A stretch of DNA of 64,000 nucleotides from a bacterium. GTDB lineage: Bacteria > Patescibacteriota > UBA1384 > VFKW01. The stretch covers positions 68,066-132,065 of the forward strand of contig JAUSIS010000004.1 of assembly GCA_030647355.1 (NCBI GenBank). The letters are read 5' to 3'. The position numbers and the translations under genes are program-made. Of the stretch, positions 18,075 to 28,344 are shown in pieces (within the stretch, counting starts at the first letter, position 1; each line of letters opens with the position of its first letter). The notes beneath the pieces are model-generated. The model saw only the letters and a list, made by a program, of their open reading frames with translations. It was not told where the DNA came from and searched no databases.

Positions 18075-19898
18075 ATGACCAAATTAAGACGAGTCTTTAT
18101 CCGATTTTCAATTTTAGCAATAGTAGTGCAATCGGTAATGGTCGGTATATTACTCAGACCTAACGCTGTCCATGCAGCAGAGAGTTTAATAACCAGCTAC
18201 ACGATGACTAATACATATATCTCACCGAACAGTGATGGAATCCAGGACAGTACAGAAATTGACTTATTGTTCTCGCGGAGCGTTAAAGTTACGATGGATA
18301 TTCTTGATTCGACAGACCTGGTGACGGCACATATCTATGATTCCAATGGAGTTAAAGATCCTCAACCAAAGAATTGGTACGGCAGATATAGTAAGGAGGC
18401 AACCGGTCCGATTGTTCCTGACGAACAGTATACAGTACGGATTGTATTAAAGGATATTGTTACAGATGAAATATTGGAAACCGACACGTCGAAGAAAGTA
18501 ATCGTTGATACAGTAGCCCCCACTGCAGTGGTTGATTATTCGGTAACTGATCCAACGAATGATCCGGTTGCGGCAACCATTACGCCCAGTGAGGCATTAC
18601 AAACACCAGTCGAACTCTCATATATATTCACTGAAAATGGTGCCTATACTTTTCTTTTTTCCGACTTAGCCGGTAATCCAGGAAGTGTAATTGCCAATGT
18701 GGCTAATATCAGAATGACCGCTATATTAGCTCTGATCAGCACACCAACCGCTCCAGTAATGGAATTTACGGAAACATTATATTCAGAAGATACGCATCAG
18801 CCATTATCAGATCAATTTAACTCTAGCAATCTGTCAGCAGAGGACTATTTCGAGGCAAATGGTGTAATGATTAATGCTTTTTCCTATGATCCAATAGCTA
18901 AAACGCTCTTATTCTCATTAACACAGCCAGCGGTAGGCGCTACAATCAGTTTCAAAGATGCCCCAGGAAAGGGAGTAACAGATCATGTAGGAAATCGCTA
19001 TGAGCCACAGATAGGTCGGTTTAACGGCACCATGTGGGTATTGAGCGATGGAAGCGATAACACTGCACCAACTGCTTTTATCCAATATTCAACAACCGAG
19101 CCAACAAACCAGGACGTAGTAGCAACTCTTGTTGCCAGTGAACCATTAATACCAAACACTGAATTGACGCATATTTTCTCATCGAATGGTTCATTCACTT
19201 TTATCATTTCAGATTTATCCGGAAATGTCAGTCTGATTGAAGCAGTGGTTAATAACATTGACAAGACACCCCCTGCTCTGCCCGTGATTTCCAGTCTGAA
19301 ACTGGTAGAGGGAAGTGTTGGCCTTAAATTCACTTATTCACTGGATACAGTAAAGGTTCTGATAGAAGTTTCTAAAACTCCCCTGTTTTCAGAAATCGAG
19401 AGAAGTGTAATCCAGCAACCACCAACCGGAGACTATAGTCTCAATGACTTGACCTCGGGCGTCAATTATTATTTCCGTATTACCGCTTATGATACTGCTG
19501 GCAATATATCTTCTTCTCTTAATGGGCAACTGGCAATTCCTGCTGAATTACTAAACGTTGTGGAAGATACTACTGCTCAGGCAACGGTAACCCAGACAAA
19601 TGAAGCATCGTATCGGTTTATACCGCTTGCCGAAGCTGCCGAGCCGGAACCGGAGGTGAAACCATCAACAAAAACCGAAGGAAAAAAAGGTGAGATAAAG
19701 AGTGTGGAAGACAAGAAAGAACCAAAGGGAAGAAAAGGGCGCGATATTCTGTTTATTGTGGCATTGCTAGCTATAGCAGGAGTTGCATACTATGGTTACA
19801 AAAAATTACCGGAATCAGACGAGGTAGTAGAATCTTCTAAAGGACCCTTGGATAAAAAAACCGGAAGGAAAGTAAAATCCTCAAAGAAAAAAGGATAA
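18075..19898 (+). CDS. cell-surface protein with two about 55-aa internal repeats, FN3/Ig-like domain, C-terminal TM anchor and Lys-rich tail
   Basis: Signal peptide. Repeats VVDYSVTDPTNDPVAATITPSE... and FIQYSTTEPTNQDVVATLVASE.... C-terminal ILFIVALLAIAGVAYYGYKK anchor. Confidence 0.7.
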   Translation: MTKLRRVFIRFSILAIVVQSVMVGILLRPNAVHAAESLITSYTMTNTYISPNSDGIQDSTEIDLLFSRSVKVTMDILDSTDLVTAHIYDSNGVKDPQPKNWYGRYSKEATGPIVPDEQYTVRIVLKDIVTDEILETDTSKKVIVDTVAPTAVVDYSVTDPTNDPVAATITPSEALQTPVELSYIFTENGAYTFLFSDLAGNPGSVIANVANIRMTAILALISTPTAPVMEFTETLYSEDTHQPLSDQFNSSNLSAEDYFEANGVMINAFSYDPIAKTLLFSLTQPAVGATISFKDAPGKGVTDHVGNRYEPQIGRFNGTMWVLSDGSDNTAPTAFIQYSTTEPTNQDVVATLVASEPLIPNTELTHIFSSNGSFTFIISDLSGNVSLIEAVVNNIDKTPPALPVISSLKLVEGSVGLKFTYSLDTVKVLIEVSKTPLFSEIERSVIQQPPTGDYSLNDLTSGVNYYFRITAYDTAGNISSSLNGQLAIPAELLNVVEDTTAQATVTQTNEASYRFIPLAEAAEPEPEVKPSTKTEGKKGEIKSVEDKKEPKGRKGRDILFIVALLAIAGVAYYGYKKLPESDEVVESSKGPLDKKTGRKVKSSKKKG

Positions 19899-19910
19899 AG
19901 TAATCCACAA

Positions 19911-19938
19911 AAAACCCTTGAGACTCGAGGGTTTTTTG
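19911..19938 (+). terminator. rho-independent terminator (CCCTTG-AGACT-CGAGGG plus T6)
   Basis: Stem-loop followed by TTTTTT, directly after the surface-protein gene. Confidence 0.6.
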
Positions 19939-19983
19939 TTAGTGAAATTTAGTGATGTATAATTGTTATAGTTAGGACCTAAT

Positions 19984-20406
19984 ATGCAAGAATCTTCTAG
20001 ATTCCAATTTTTCAGCCAAAAATTCTTTAGTATATTAATGTTGGCTTTTTGTATCTATTTTATCTACTTGATAGGTAATTTAATATGGAAAAATTATCAT
20101 GTTGACCAAAAAATTAATCAGATGGAAAAAGAAGATTTAATTTTGAGATTAGAAAATCAAAGTGTAAATGATTATCTCGAATATTATAAAAGTAAAACTT
20201 ATCAAGAATTGGAGTTAAGACGGCGATTACTTCTGAAGGCGCCGGGGGAGACAGTTGTTCTTTTACCAATCAGGCAAAACTCTGACCGATCAATGAATAT
20301 TTCTCAGCAAAAATCGTTAATCGAATCTAATAAACAAAAAAATATTTTGCCAAATTATTATAAATGGTGGCTTTTGATAACTAAAGGGAGAACTTCGATT
20401 GATTGA
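19984..20406 (+). CDS. septum formation initiator family (DivIC/FtsB-like) protein
   Basis: N-terminal TM, coiled coil, then ...LLLKAPGETVVLLP resembling the DivIC PGE.V motif. Confidence 0.45.
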   Translation: MQESSRFQFFSQKFFSILMLAFCIYFIYLIGNLIWKNYHVDQKINQMEKEDLILRLENQSVNDYLEYYKSKTYQELELRRRLLLKAPGETVVLLPIRQNSDRSMNISQQKSLIESNKQKNILPNYYKWWLLITKGRTSID

Positions 20407-20414
20407 GAAAATTG

Positions 20415-20488
20415 TGGCTGCGAGTGGATTCGAACCACTGACCTAAGGCTTATGAGTCCTTCGCTCTAACCGACTGAGCTACGCAGCC
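20415..20488 (-). tRNA. tRNA-Met, elongator (anticodon CAU)
   Basis: Minus-strand cloverleaf GGCUGCGUAGCUCAGUCGGUUAGAGC... with loop CUCAUAA. G1-C72 pair. Close match to the elongator tRNA-Met pattern. Confidence 0.8.
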
Positions 20489-20497
20489 GTTGCTTAG

Positions 20498-20568
20498 TTG
20501 CGGGGGCAGGAATCGAACCTGCTTCTCATGGTTATGAGCCACGTGGGGTACCATTCCCCCACCCCGCA
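20498..20568 (-). tRNA. tRNA-fMet-like initiator (anticodon CAU), U1-A72
   Basis: Acceptor UGCGGGG/CCCCGCA plus A, resembling the initiator acceptor CGCGGGG...CCCCGCAA. D stem GGGG/CCCC. Loop CUCAUAA. Two G-C pairs at the base of the anticodon stem. Confidence 0.7.
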
Positions 20569-20623
20569 AAGATATAGTACCAGAAATGAACTTATTAGTC
20601 AATCGAGACTGACGTATTAGATA

Positions 20624-20652
20624 TTGCTGGATAACCAGATACGTGGTATAAT
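20624..20652 (+). promoter_or_regulatory. sigma70-like promoter for ftsH (TTGCTG -17- TGGTATAAT extended -10)
   Basis: Spacing is 17 nt. About 17 nt precede the ftsH RBS. Confidence 0.35.
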
Positions 20653-20668
20653 CCAATTTGGAGGTCAG

Positions 20669-22477
20669 ATGAAAAACATACCTTATATTATTATAATTTT
20701 GATTATCGCTTCGGCGGTTTGGGGATTAGCTGGTTATCAAAAAAATCAGGAAGTTAAAAACGTTCCTATTTCTCAAATTTCTCGAGATGTTAAGAACCAT
20801 CAAGTTAAAGAAATTAATGTAGAGGGCAGTCGTGTAATTGCGACTCTCAAAAATAATAAAAAAGAAGCGGCGTACAAAGAAGAAGGGGCAGAGATCCAGA
20901 TATATGGGATTAATCCTAATGACGTGACTGTCAATGTTAAGAATCCGAACAGCGGAGGGGCATTGATGAGTTTCCTATATTTGGGACTGCCAATTATATT
21001 GTTCGTTGTACTCTTCTATATAATGTTCAGACAAGCTCGGTCGGGAAATACGCAGGCAATGTCCTTTGGTAAAAGTACCGCTCGATTATTCAGCGGTAGT
21101 AAACAGGTTACATTTAATGACATAGCCGGTTTAATTGAGCCCAAACAAGAGCTTCTAGAGATCGTGGAATTCCTGAAGCAACCGGATAAGTTTCATAAGT
21201 TGGGAGCCGAGATTCCTAAGGGGGTATTGCTTTTCGGTCCGGCGGGAGTTGGTAAAACACTACTTGCCAAAGCCGTGGCAGGAGAAGCCGGCGTACCTTT
21301 TTACAGTCTTTCAGCTTCGGAATTTGTAGAGATGTTCGTTGGAGTGGGAGCTTCTCGGGTGCGCGATTTGTTCCAGAAAGCCAAGCGTAATGCTCCTTGT
21401 GTGATCTTTATTGATGAACTTGATGCAATTGGAAGACAGCGAGGTACTGGTCTGGGGGGAAGCCATGACGAGCGCGAACAGACACTTAACCAAATCTTAG
21501 TTGAGATGGATGGGTTTGAAACAGATTCCCGGGTTATAGTTTTGGCCGCTACTAACCGACCGGATGTTTTGGATCCGGCACTGCTTAGACCCGGCCGTTT
21601 CGACCGTAAAGTGGTCCTTGATCTTCCTGATGTTAAAGAGAGGGAGGCGATACTAATAGTTCATGGCCGAAACAAACCTTTAGCTAAAGCTGTAGATCTT
21701 AAGAAAATTGCTCAAGCCACACCCGGATTGTCCGGCGCTGATCTTAAGAATATTATGAACGAAGCGGCTATCTTAGCGGCTCAATCGAATGAGAAAGAAA
21801 TTAGGCAAAGTGATTTGGATAGTTCTATTGAGAAGACAGTGCTGGGGCCTGAGCGTAAATCGCATGTGATGAACCAGGAAGAGAAAAAGATAGCGGCGTA
21901 TCATGAAGCAGGCCATGCGGTTGTGGGACGATTTCTGCCGAATACCGATCCAATCCATAAAGTTTCCGTAGTATCGCGGGGTATGGCGCTTGGCTACACT
22001 TGGAGTTTACCAACCGAGGATAAACGTTTATACTCCAAGAGTAAATTTGAAGATGAAATTGCCCAATTACTGGGCGGACGCGCCAGTGAAGAGACATTTT
22101 TCAAGGAGATAACTACCGGAGCACAAAACGATGTTAAACGAGCTACCAAGATCGCTAGAGAAATGGTGACAATTTACGGTATGAGCGATGTCGGGCCGAT
22201 TTCTTTGGGTGATCGCGATGAATTGGTCTTTCTGGGTCGGGAGCTAGGAGAGCACAAGAATTATTCCGAACAACTCTCGGCTTCAGTTGATAGGGCAATT
22301 ATTAAATTCATGGAAGACGGTGAATTAAAAGCCAAAGATGTGATCAGTAAACACAGAGTCATTTTAGAAAATCTCGCTAAGCATTTGGTCGAGAAAGAGA
22401 CTATTGAGGGCGAGGAGCTGGAGAAAATATTTACTAATGGCGGTAAGGGTAAAACAGCATTGAAACCTACTGGATAA
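20669..22477 (+). CDS. ftsH: ATP-dependent zinc metalloprotease FtsH
   Basis: N-terminal 2-TM region. AAA+ Walker A GPAGVGKT and Walker [19 protein letters not shown] zinc motif. GGAGG RBS 4 nt before the ATG at 20669. Confidence 0.95.
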   Translation: MKNIPYIIIILIIASAVWGLAGYQKNQEVKNVPISQISRDVKNHQVKEINVEGSRVIATLKNNKKEAAYKEEGAEIQIYGINPNDVTVNVKNPNSGGALMSFLYLGLPIILFVVLFYIMFRQARSGNTQAMSFGKSTARLFSGSKQVTFNDIAGLIEPKQELLEIVEFLKQPDKFHKLGAEIPKGVLLFGPAGVGKTLLAKAVAGEAGVPFYSLSASEFVEMFVGVGASRVRDLFQKAKRNAPCVIFIDELDAIGRQRGTGLGGSHDEREQTLNQILVEMDGFETDSRVIVLAATNRPDVLDPALLRPGRFDRKVVLDLPDVKEREAILIVHGRNKPLAKAVDLKKIAQATPGLSGADLKNIMNEAAILAAQSNEKEIRQSDLDSSIEKTVLGPERKSHVMNQEEKKIAAYHEAGHAVVGRFLPNTDPIHKVSVVSRGMALGYTWSLPTEDKRLYSKSKFEDEIAQLLGGRASEETFFKEITTGAQNDVKRATKIAREMVTIYGMSDVGPISLGDRDELVFLGRELGEHKNYSEQLSASVDRAIIKFMEDGELKAKDVISKHRVILENLAKHLVEKETIEGEELEKIFTNGGKGKTALKPTG

Positions 22478-22485
22478 GACAAATA

Positions 22486-22512
22486 ACGGGCAGGGAGCGA
22501 AGCCCGTTTTTT
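22486..22512 (+). terminator. rho-independent terminator after ftsH (ACGGGC...GCCCGT plus T-run)
   Basis: Stem-loop followed by TTTTTTG. Confidence 0.6.
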
Positions 22513-22589
22513 GTTGCCTAATAAATGGTATGATGTAAGTAGAAGAGATAGACGAGATATTAGAGACGGGAAAAGTGAAGGGGTAATAA

Positions 22590-23582
22590 ATGAAAAATAA
22601 AAAATATGCCTTTACATTAATTGAAATGTTGATAGTAATCTCCATTATTGGGATTTTGGCAACTTTGGTGCTCATTGGTCTTCGGTCAACCAGAAGTAAA
22701 GCGCGCGATGTTCAGCGTAAAGCCGATGTAACCAGTATAGCAAAATGCCTCGGTACATACGCTTATGAAAACAATAATCAAGGACAGAGAAGTCCTGGTG
22801 AATTGATAACGAGTAACTCGAGAATTGGCAAGCTCTTGATAGATAAGTGCGGTTCAAAACTGCCGGAAAATTTAGGTATGTCTGGAACCGATGGGTATTT
22901 TTATTCCTCTGTCGGAGGAAAAACATATCGGCTTTGCGGGAAACTGTTTCCAGAGAGAACCTATTATTGCGGAAAAGAAAATTTGGAAACAGGGGAAGAT
23001 CTGCACTTCTATAAAGAAATGGCGGATATAAATCCGGCAATACCTACTGACGAAGAGCGCTGGCAGATGGTGCAAGAAGATGCTATTTATATACTTGGGG
23101 TTGCAAAACAGGTTGGCGATATTAGATATGTAAATGATAATGTTGCTAGTGTGGATGGTAGCCCACCTGACTGGTGGCCAGCGGATCAGTTATGGCCATA
23201 TATGCCATTTGTTGATGATACTTATGAATTAAATAGTGATGGTTCGCTAAAAAATGACGGCAAGTTAAAATATGATTGGGATATGTGGTATGCAGGTCCT
23301 CCTTGGACACCGATAATTAGAGTTTCGCTCAGAAGACAGGCGGAGGCCGGAGATGATACGACTATTGCTTACTACGGTTTTATGGGTAACGGCAAAGCCA
23401 TGCCTTACACATGCAATGCGGTAGATTTTAATGACGAATTAAATTCAGGGTACTGCCGCGCATATGGAGACATTACTAAGTTGGATGAATTTTTCTCTAA
23501 GAGTGCTATGCTAGACGAGACTCAATTCCCTCGTATTCCAAAGGATAATACCGGTAGTCAAACGGTTGAGCTTTGGCCATAA
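22590..23582 (+). CDS. prepilin-type N-terminal cleavage/methylation domain protein (type IV pilin/pseudopilin-like) with large C-terminal domain
   Basis: MKNKKYA/FTLIEMLIVISIIGILA class III signal motif. Ala rather than Gly precedes the Phe. Confidence 0.7.
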   Translation: MKNKKYAFTLIEMLIVISIIGILATLVLIGLRSTRSKARDVQRKADVTSIAKCLGTYAYENNNQGQRSPGELITSNSRIGKLLIDKCGSKLPENLGMSGTDGYFYSSVGGKTYRLCGKLFPERTYYCGKENLETGEDLHFYKEMADINPAIPTDEERWQMVQEDAIYILGVAKQVGDIRYVNDNVASVDGSPPDWWPADQLWPYMPFVDDTYELNSDGSLKNDGKLKYDWDMWYAGPPWTPIIRVSLRRQAEAGDDTTIAYYGFMGNGKAMPYTCNAVDFNDELNSGYCRAYGDITKLDEFFSKSAMLDETQFPRIPKDNTGSQTVELWP

Positions 23583-23641
23583 TTAGTTAATTCTAAAGCC
23601 CTACTCTTAACAAAAAGCTCTCGATAGTATACCATAGAGTT

Positions 23642-25216
23642 ATGATAAAACTGATCAGGAATCTTTCACAGGGCAGAAATAGTCTTAAAGTGGCTTCGAT
23701 AATATTAATAATTACTTTATTTCTAAGTAATGTCCTCGGCGTTCTGCGTAATTACTTTATTAGCCATAACTTACCTGTTCAGTCTACAGATATATATTAT
23801 GCGGCTTTTCGCATACCCGATCTTGTTTTGAATTTAATGATTTTGGGGGCTGTTTCTTCGGCACTCATGCCGGTTTTTAATGGTTACCTGCAGAAAGATG
23901 ATAAGAAGGGGGCTTGGCATGTAGCTAATTCTATAATTACTTTAGCGCTTATTATTCTCACATCATCTATAGTTATTCTATTTTTTTTGATGCCCTATAT
24001 TATACATTTGATAGTCCCGCATTTCGGTCCAGAGGAAACGCGGCAAACTATTAAGATAGCTCGGATCTTACTGCTCTCACCACTACTTTTTGGAATATCA
24101 TATCTATTTAGCGGAATTCTGAATTCTTTTCAAAGATTTTTTGCTCCGGCAGTTGCTCCCCTAATATACAATGCCTCGATCATTGTCGGGGCGGGAGTGT
24201 TGGCGCCTTTATTTCCACTGGGAGATTCGCGACAAATCATTTTGCTAGCTTCTTCGGTTATTTTTGGGGCATTTTTACATATGCTAATCCAATTGCCTGC
24301 AATGCGCCATGTCGGTTTTCATTTTCATTGGATTGCGGATTATAAAAACAAGGCAGTGCGGCAGATCGGTAAATTGATGATTCCTCGTACAATTGGTTTA
24401 GGTTCCAACCAAATAATGTTTACTGTTTTCACTGCTCTTGCCTCGGCGACCCGGGGACATATCAGTTATTTTTCTTATGCTAATGATATACAAACAATGC
24501 CATCGGTTGTTTTTGGACTATCGTTTGCAACAGCAGTCTTTCCTTCTCTTTCAACTGCTTTCCATCAAGAAGACGATTCCAAATTTACCTATTATCTATC
24601 AAAAACTATGAAGTTGGTAATTGCGCTTTTAATCCCACTATCGGCTCTTTTTATTTTACTTAGAGTGGGAATAGTGCAAGCCCTTTTGGGGTTCAGTCTG
24701 CATGATTCAAAGGTGACAGCTGATACCTTAGCTTTATTTTCAATATCGCTGGTCTTTTCCGGGTTAATACCACTTTTAGCTCGGGCTTTCTTTGCAATGG
24801 AAAATACTGTTACCCCTACCATAATCAGCGTAATTTCAAGCATTAGTTCGATTGTTGTGGCTTATCTCCTCAGATCTCATGGAGCCCCTGGTTTGGCTTT
24901 AGCATTTTCCTTTGGTTCTATTTTGAATGCAAGTTTATTGTATGTTACATTGCGCCGGAAATACAAAGGAATTAATGAAAGGAAGTTGATTCTCTTTACC
25001 TTAAAAGTTGTATTAATGGTGATCATTATGAGTTTGGTAGTTCAAGCATTCAAAGGGGCAACAAGCGATTGGTTTAATGTAAAGGATACCCGATTGGGAA
25101 TGTTCGCTCAAGTGATTATCTGCGGAGGAGTCGGGGCGGTATTGTACATAATGATGGCGCAGATTTTCAAGGTTCAAGAGGTACAAGCTTTATGGAGACG
25201 GGGCGGGAAAAACTAA
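23642..25216 (+). CDS. murJ: lipid II flippase MurJ (MviN)
   Basis: 14-TM protein. N-terminal FRIPDLVLNLMILGAVSSALMPVF signature of MurJ. Confidence 0.85.
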   Translation: MIKLIRNLSQGRNSLKVASIILIITLFLSNVLGVLRNYFISHNLPVQSTDIYYAAFRIPDLVLNLMILGAVSSALMPVFNGYLQKDDKKGAWHVANSIITLALIILTSSIVILFFLMPYIIHLIVPHFGPEETRQTIKIARILLLSPLLFGISYLFSGILNSFQRFFAPAVAPLIYNASIIVGAGVLAPLFPLGDSRQIILLASSVIFGAFLHMLIQLPAMRHVGFHFHWIADYKNKAVRQIGKLMIPRTIGLGSNQIMFTVFTALASATRGHISYFSYANDIQTMPSVVFGLSFATAVFPSLSTAFHQEDDSKFTYYLSKTMKLVIALLIPLSALFILLRVGIVQALLGFSLHDSKVTADTLALFSISLVFSGLIPLLARAFFAMENTVTPTIISVISSISSIVVAYLLRSHGAPGLALAFSFGSILNASLLYVTLRRKYKGINERKLILFTLKVVLMVIIMSLVVQAFKGATSDWFNVKDTRLGMFAQVIICGGVGAVLYIMMAQIFKVQEVQALWRRGGKN

Positions 25217-25779
25217 AAGACGAAAAGGGATTCTATGGTTCATTGGATAAAAATAATTCAAGGTCTTCTTGTAGCTGTCAGAGTTTGTTAATCATATTTT
25301 TAGTACTATTTATTCTAACTACCGGGCTTAGTTATTTTGGAATGAAAAAATTAAAGACGGTCAAACCCTCCATTTTTTCTTTGAATATTCTTTCACATAA
25401 AAATGCTGACAGAAGCGAACAAAAAATTAAAATCTATCAGTCCGATTTACAATCAAAGATATCCGGATCGATTGGAAGTCTTATTCCCCTTTCAGATAAA
25501 AAAATTCTTATAAAGCCCAATGGGATTATTCTCGAAGGCACGCCACTGGGCTCAAAAAATAGATTATCTTTCATTGCCGAACCAAAGGTTAAAAACCAAA
25601 AAATTGTTTTAGAAAATGTACGTTTAGTAGATGTAAAACAAAAATCGTTTCTATCACCGTTTCCTTTTATATATACAAATATAGCAAAAGGGGTAGCTTC
25701 AGCTATTAATCAAACTGTAAGATTTAGGGTTTCAGATGTCGAGTTGAAAGAAGAGGAGATGATACTTACTGTTTATTGA
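25192..25779 (+). CDS. hypothetical membrane-anchored protein
   Basis: ORF overlaps the murJ end. One TM then a soluble domain. The exact start is uncertain. Confidence 0.4.
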   Translation: METGREKLKDEKGFYGSLDKNNSRSSCSCQSLLIIFLVLFILTTGLSYFGMKKLKTVKPSIFSLNILSHKNADRSEQKIKIYQSDLQSKISGSIGSLIPLSDKKILIKPNGIILEGTPLGSKNRLSFIAEPKVKNQKIVLENVRLVDVKQKSFLSPFPFIYTNIAKGVASAINQTVRFRVSDVELKEEEMILTVY

Positions 25780-25790
25780 GTAACTTTAAC

Positions 25791-28337
25791 CTACTTAACT
25801 CCTATTGTACTGATAATTAATCCGGCGCTCAAAAGTAAAATCAGACCAATAATGGCACCAATAATAATCTCTTTTGCAGACGAAGCTTTTTGCGCATCTC
25901 CGGCACTAGCTATATATGTATAACCACCATAAATAATCATCAGGATGGCCGAAATAGAGGCAATGACAATCAAGAGATTGTAAATATCTTGCATATATTC
26001 CTTTAGATCGGTTGCGCAGTATTTCAAAGTAAATTTGCCGTTTGTGTCTCTAACTGGCATTGGTACGCCGAGCTGAATCTGTCCACTACTGCAAGTGCTA
26101 CTGCCGACAATTGCGCCGCCGCCTGTTCCGGCAGGGTTAGGGGTAACATTTACAACAACCGATTTACTAGCGGCCGGGTCGGGAGGTGCGCTAACTGCTC
26201 TAGAAATTGAAGCTACATGAAAAGATAAAAGTTTCTTGAGGATAGTATTCCAGCTTAGATTGGGATCATAGTTATCACCACCGCCGCTCGTTCCACTAAG
26301 ACTGGCATCAATGGGAATGTCCTCGATATAAGCATCTACGCGATATTTATACTGCCCTTCGCCTTCTACTTGGTCAGAAAAAGTAGTATCTGTAGTCTGA
26401 CCGATCAAGATGTCATTGCGGTAAACATAATATTTTTTAGCACTACAAATTGCATTCCAAGACAGCTTGACTTGATTGCCTTCAACAGTTACCGCGCTGT
26501 CGAAATCGTTGATGGTTGCACTGGTAGTCTCTTCTTTGGCGGCCTCTATAGCTTCTTGGGCTTTTTTGGCCTTGAGATCAACCATCTGCATAATACAGAT
26601 CATTTTCGAATCAGCTTTCTTCTCTCCTACATTAATTTCGTATTTTGCTTGATCGCTCCATTTCCATTTATTTTGCTTATCTTTAGTAAATGTTTTGACC
26701 TGCACCGTATGTTTGCAGGACTTAGTCAGGGCAGCTTTTGTATCCCAAATATAGTGATAGGTATATTTATCGGCGGGAATTTTTCTCAAGCCGTGGTCAC
26801 TCATTAGGATTTTGGGGACCAGGGTACCATCGCAGTCGGTTATCCATAACATTAATTCATCGTCTTTGTGGTCCGTGAATTCAACATTTATCATCACGGC
26901 ATCACCGCGATCAATTAGAGTCGGGGAAGTTATTCTAGTTTGTCCTTTAATTTTCCCTGGCTCATCTACAAAATCATCAATACTTTCGCTAGTAGATTTT
27001 TCAATTGTTACATCCTGCTGTTTTAAGCTAATAATATCGTTGCTAGCGCAACTATTGCTTGATGGTTGGTTACTTAAGAAGCTGATAATTTTAATCTTAT
27101 AGTCCTTGGTTAGTTCAGTTGTGGGTAGGACATAATCATAGGTCCCTTGGCAATTTCCATTAGTGCATGCGGGATTGAAAACAGCATAAAAGCCATTTTT
27201 TGCTCCGATAGTATCCGGAGAATTAATCAGTTTACAAACATTATTTTGCCTAAGATCAAGCGTCGAATCAGGTGCAGTTAAAGCAATGAACAGACTTTTG
27301 GCTTTCTCATTTTTTACTTGATATTTAATATTAAGTTTTTCTTTTTCTTGGATGAGTTGCGGATAAGTAGCAACGCTCCACGTATCTGGGGAGTTAGGTG
27401 TTTCGCCACTTCCAGAATCGGGTTTTATTCCTTGTTTAACTTTTTCTAATAAAGTCATCGTGACATTATAATAATTTTCATAATTGTTATCATAATAGAG
27501 GCAAAAGGTAAGATTAGTTAAATCGTTGGCTGCTTTTACCGGTTCTACTTTCCTTGAGCGTAACTCACATTTGGCATTATTGGGATCATTGTTCGTCCAA
27601 GCATAGTCTGTTGTCTCTACTAGTCCTAGGGTTGATTCCAGGTATTTACTGCCGCCGCGGAGGATATTAAGCATGATACTATTCTGCGAGGTACCTTTAC
27701 CTTTCAGTTTTAGTATTTCGACTACTTTATCAGCAATATTTCGCATCTCAATATAACTCCAGGTGCCAGTATCTTGTATATCAACTTCACCATGCAGAGC
27801 AATACCCGGAAGACGAAGCGCCAGGTTATCTACAATGCCTTCCTCGAACGGGTAGGCATCAAATTTGAGACCAGTAGCATAAGCGTGAAGTAATTCATGA
27901 GCAACTAATTGATATGATTCTTCCCTGGTAAAAGTAAAATTATCCCATGAATAACCAATCTCGGAACGATCACGATCCCAACAACCAGACGATGCACCCC
28001 CCCCGCCACACATTTCGGTCACTTCTTCGAGAGTCATTATCTTAATTTTGGATATATTTGTTTTGCCGGCAAAATCAGAGATGTCTTTTTTTAATATCCG
28101 GTAAGCTTCTTCGACAATTGATTGCGGATAATTTTTTTGGCAGATGGCAGACTGACTGTCTTCTTGGCAGAAAGCAGATATTTCTCGTTGGGCTCTTCCC
28201 GAGGTGGTAATACTGCTGTAGTTTGCTTTAACCGAACTACTTTTAAGAGTAAGGATGGTAAAAAAAGTGAAAGCCAAGATAAAGGCAACAATAACTGATG
28301 CTATAAGATATTTGTTTTGTATTTTTCTAACCTTCAT
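25791..28337 (-). CDS. large secreted protein with HExxH (HELLH) zincin-like motif, FN3/Ig-like region and C-terminal double-TM anchor
   Basis: N-terminal signal and TM. LVAHELLHAYATG motif. C-terminal ILMIIYGGYTYIASAGDAQK...GLILLLSAGLIIS hydrophobic pair. Confidence 0.7.
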   Translation of the reverse strand: MKVRKIQNKYLIASVIVAFILAFTFFTILTLKSSSVKANYSSITTSGRAQREISAFCQEDSQSAICQKNYPQSIVEEAYRILKKDISDFAGKTNISKIKIMTLEEVTEMCGGGGASSGCWDRDRSEIGYSWDNFTFTREESYQLVAHELLHAYATGLKFDAYPFEEGIVDNLALRLPGIALHGEVDIQDTGTWSYIEMRNIADKVVEILKLKGKGTSQNSIMLNILRGGSKYLESTLGLVETTDYAWTNNDPNNAKCELRSRKVEPVKAANDLTNLTFCLYYDNNYENYYNVTMTLLEKVKQGIKPDSGSGETPNSPDTWSVATYPQLIQEKEKLNIKYQVKNEKAKSLFIALTAPDSTLDLRQNNVCKLINSPDTIGAKNGFYAVFNPACTNGNCQGTYDYVLPTTELTKDYKIKIISFLSNQPSSNSCASNDIISLKQQDVTIEKSTSESIDDFVDEPGKIKGQTRITSPTLIDRGDAVMINVEFTDHKDDELMLWITDCDGTLVPKILMSDHGLRKIPADKYTYHYIWDTKAALTKSCKHTVQVKTFTKDKQNKWKWSDQAKYEINVGEKKADSKMICIMQMVDLKAKKAQEAIEAAKEETTSATINDFDSAVTVEGNQVKLSWNAICSAKKYYVYRNDILIGQTTDTTFSDQVEGEGQYKYRVDAYIEDIPIDASLSGTSGGGDNYDPNLSWNTILKKLLSFHVASISRAVSAPPDPAASKSVVVNVTPNPAGTGGGAIVGSSTCSSGQIQLGVPMPVRDTNGKFTLKYCATDLKEYMQDIYNLLIVIASISAILMIIYGGYTYIASAGDAQKASSAKEIIIGAIIGLILLLSAGLIISTIGVK

Positions 28338-28344
28338 ATTCCCT

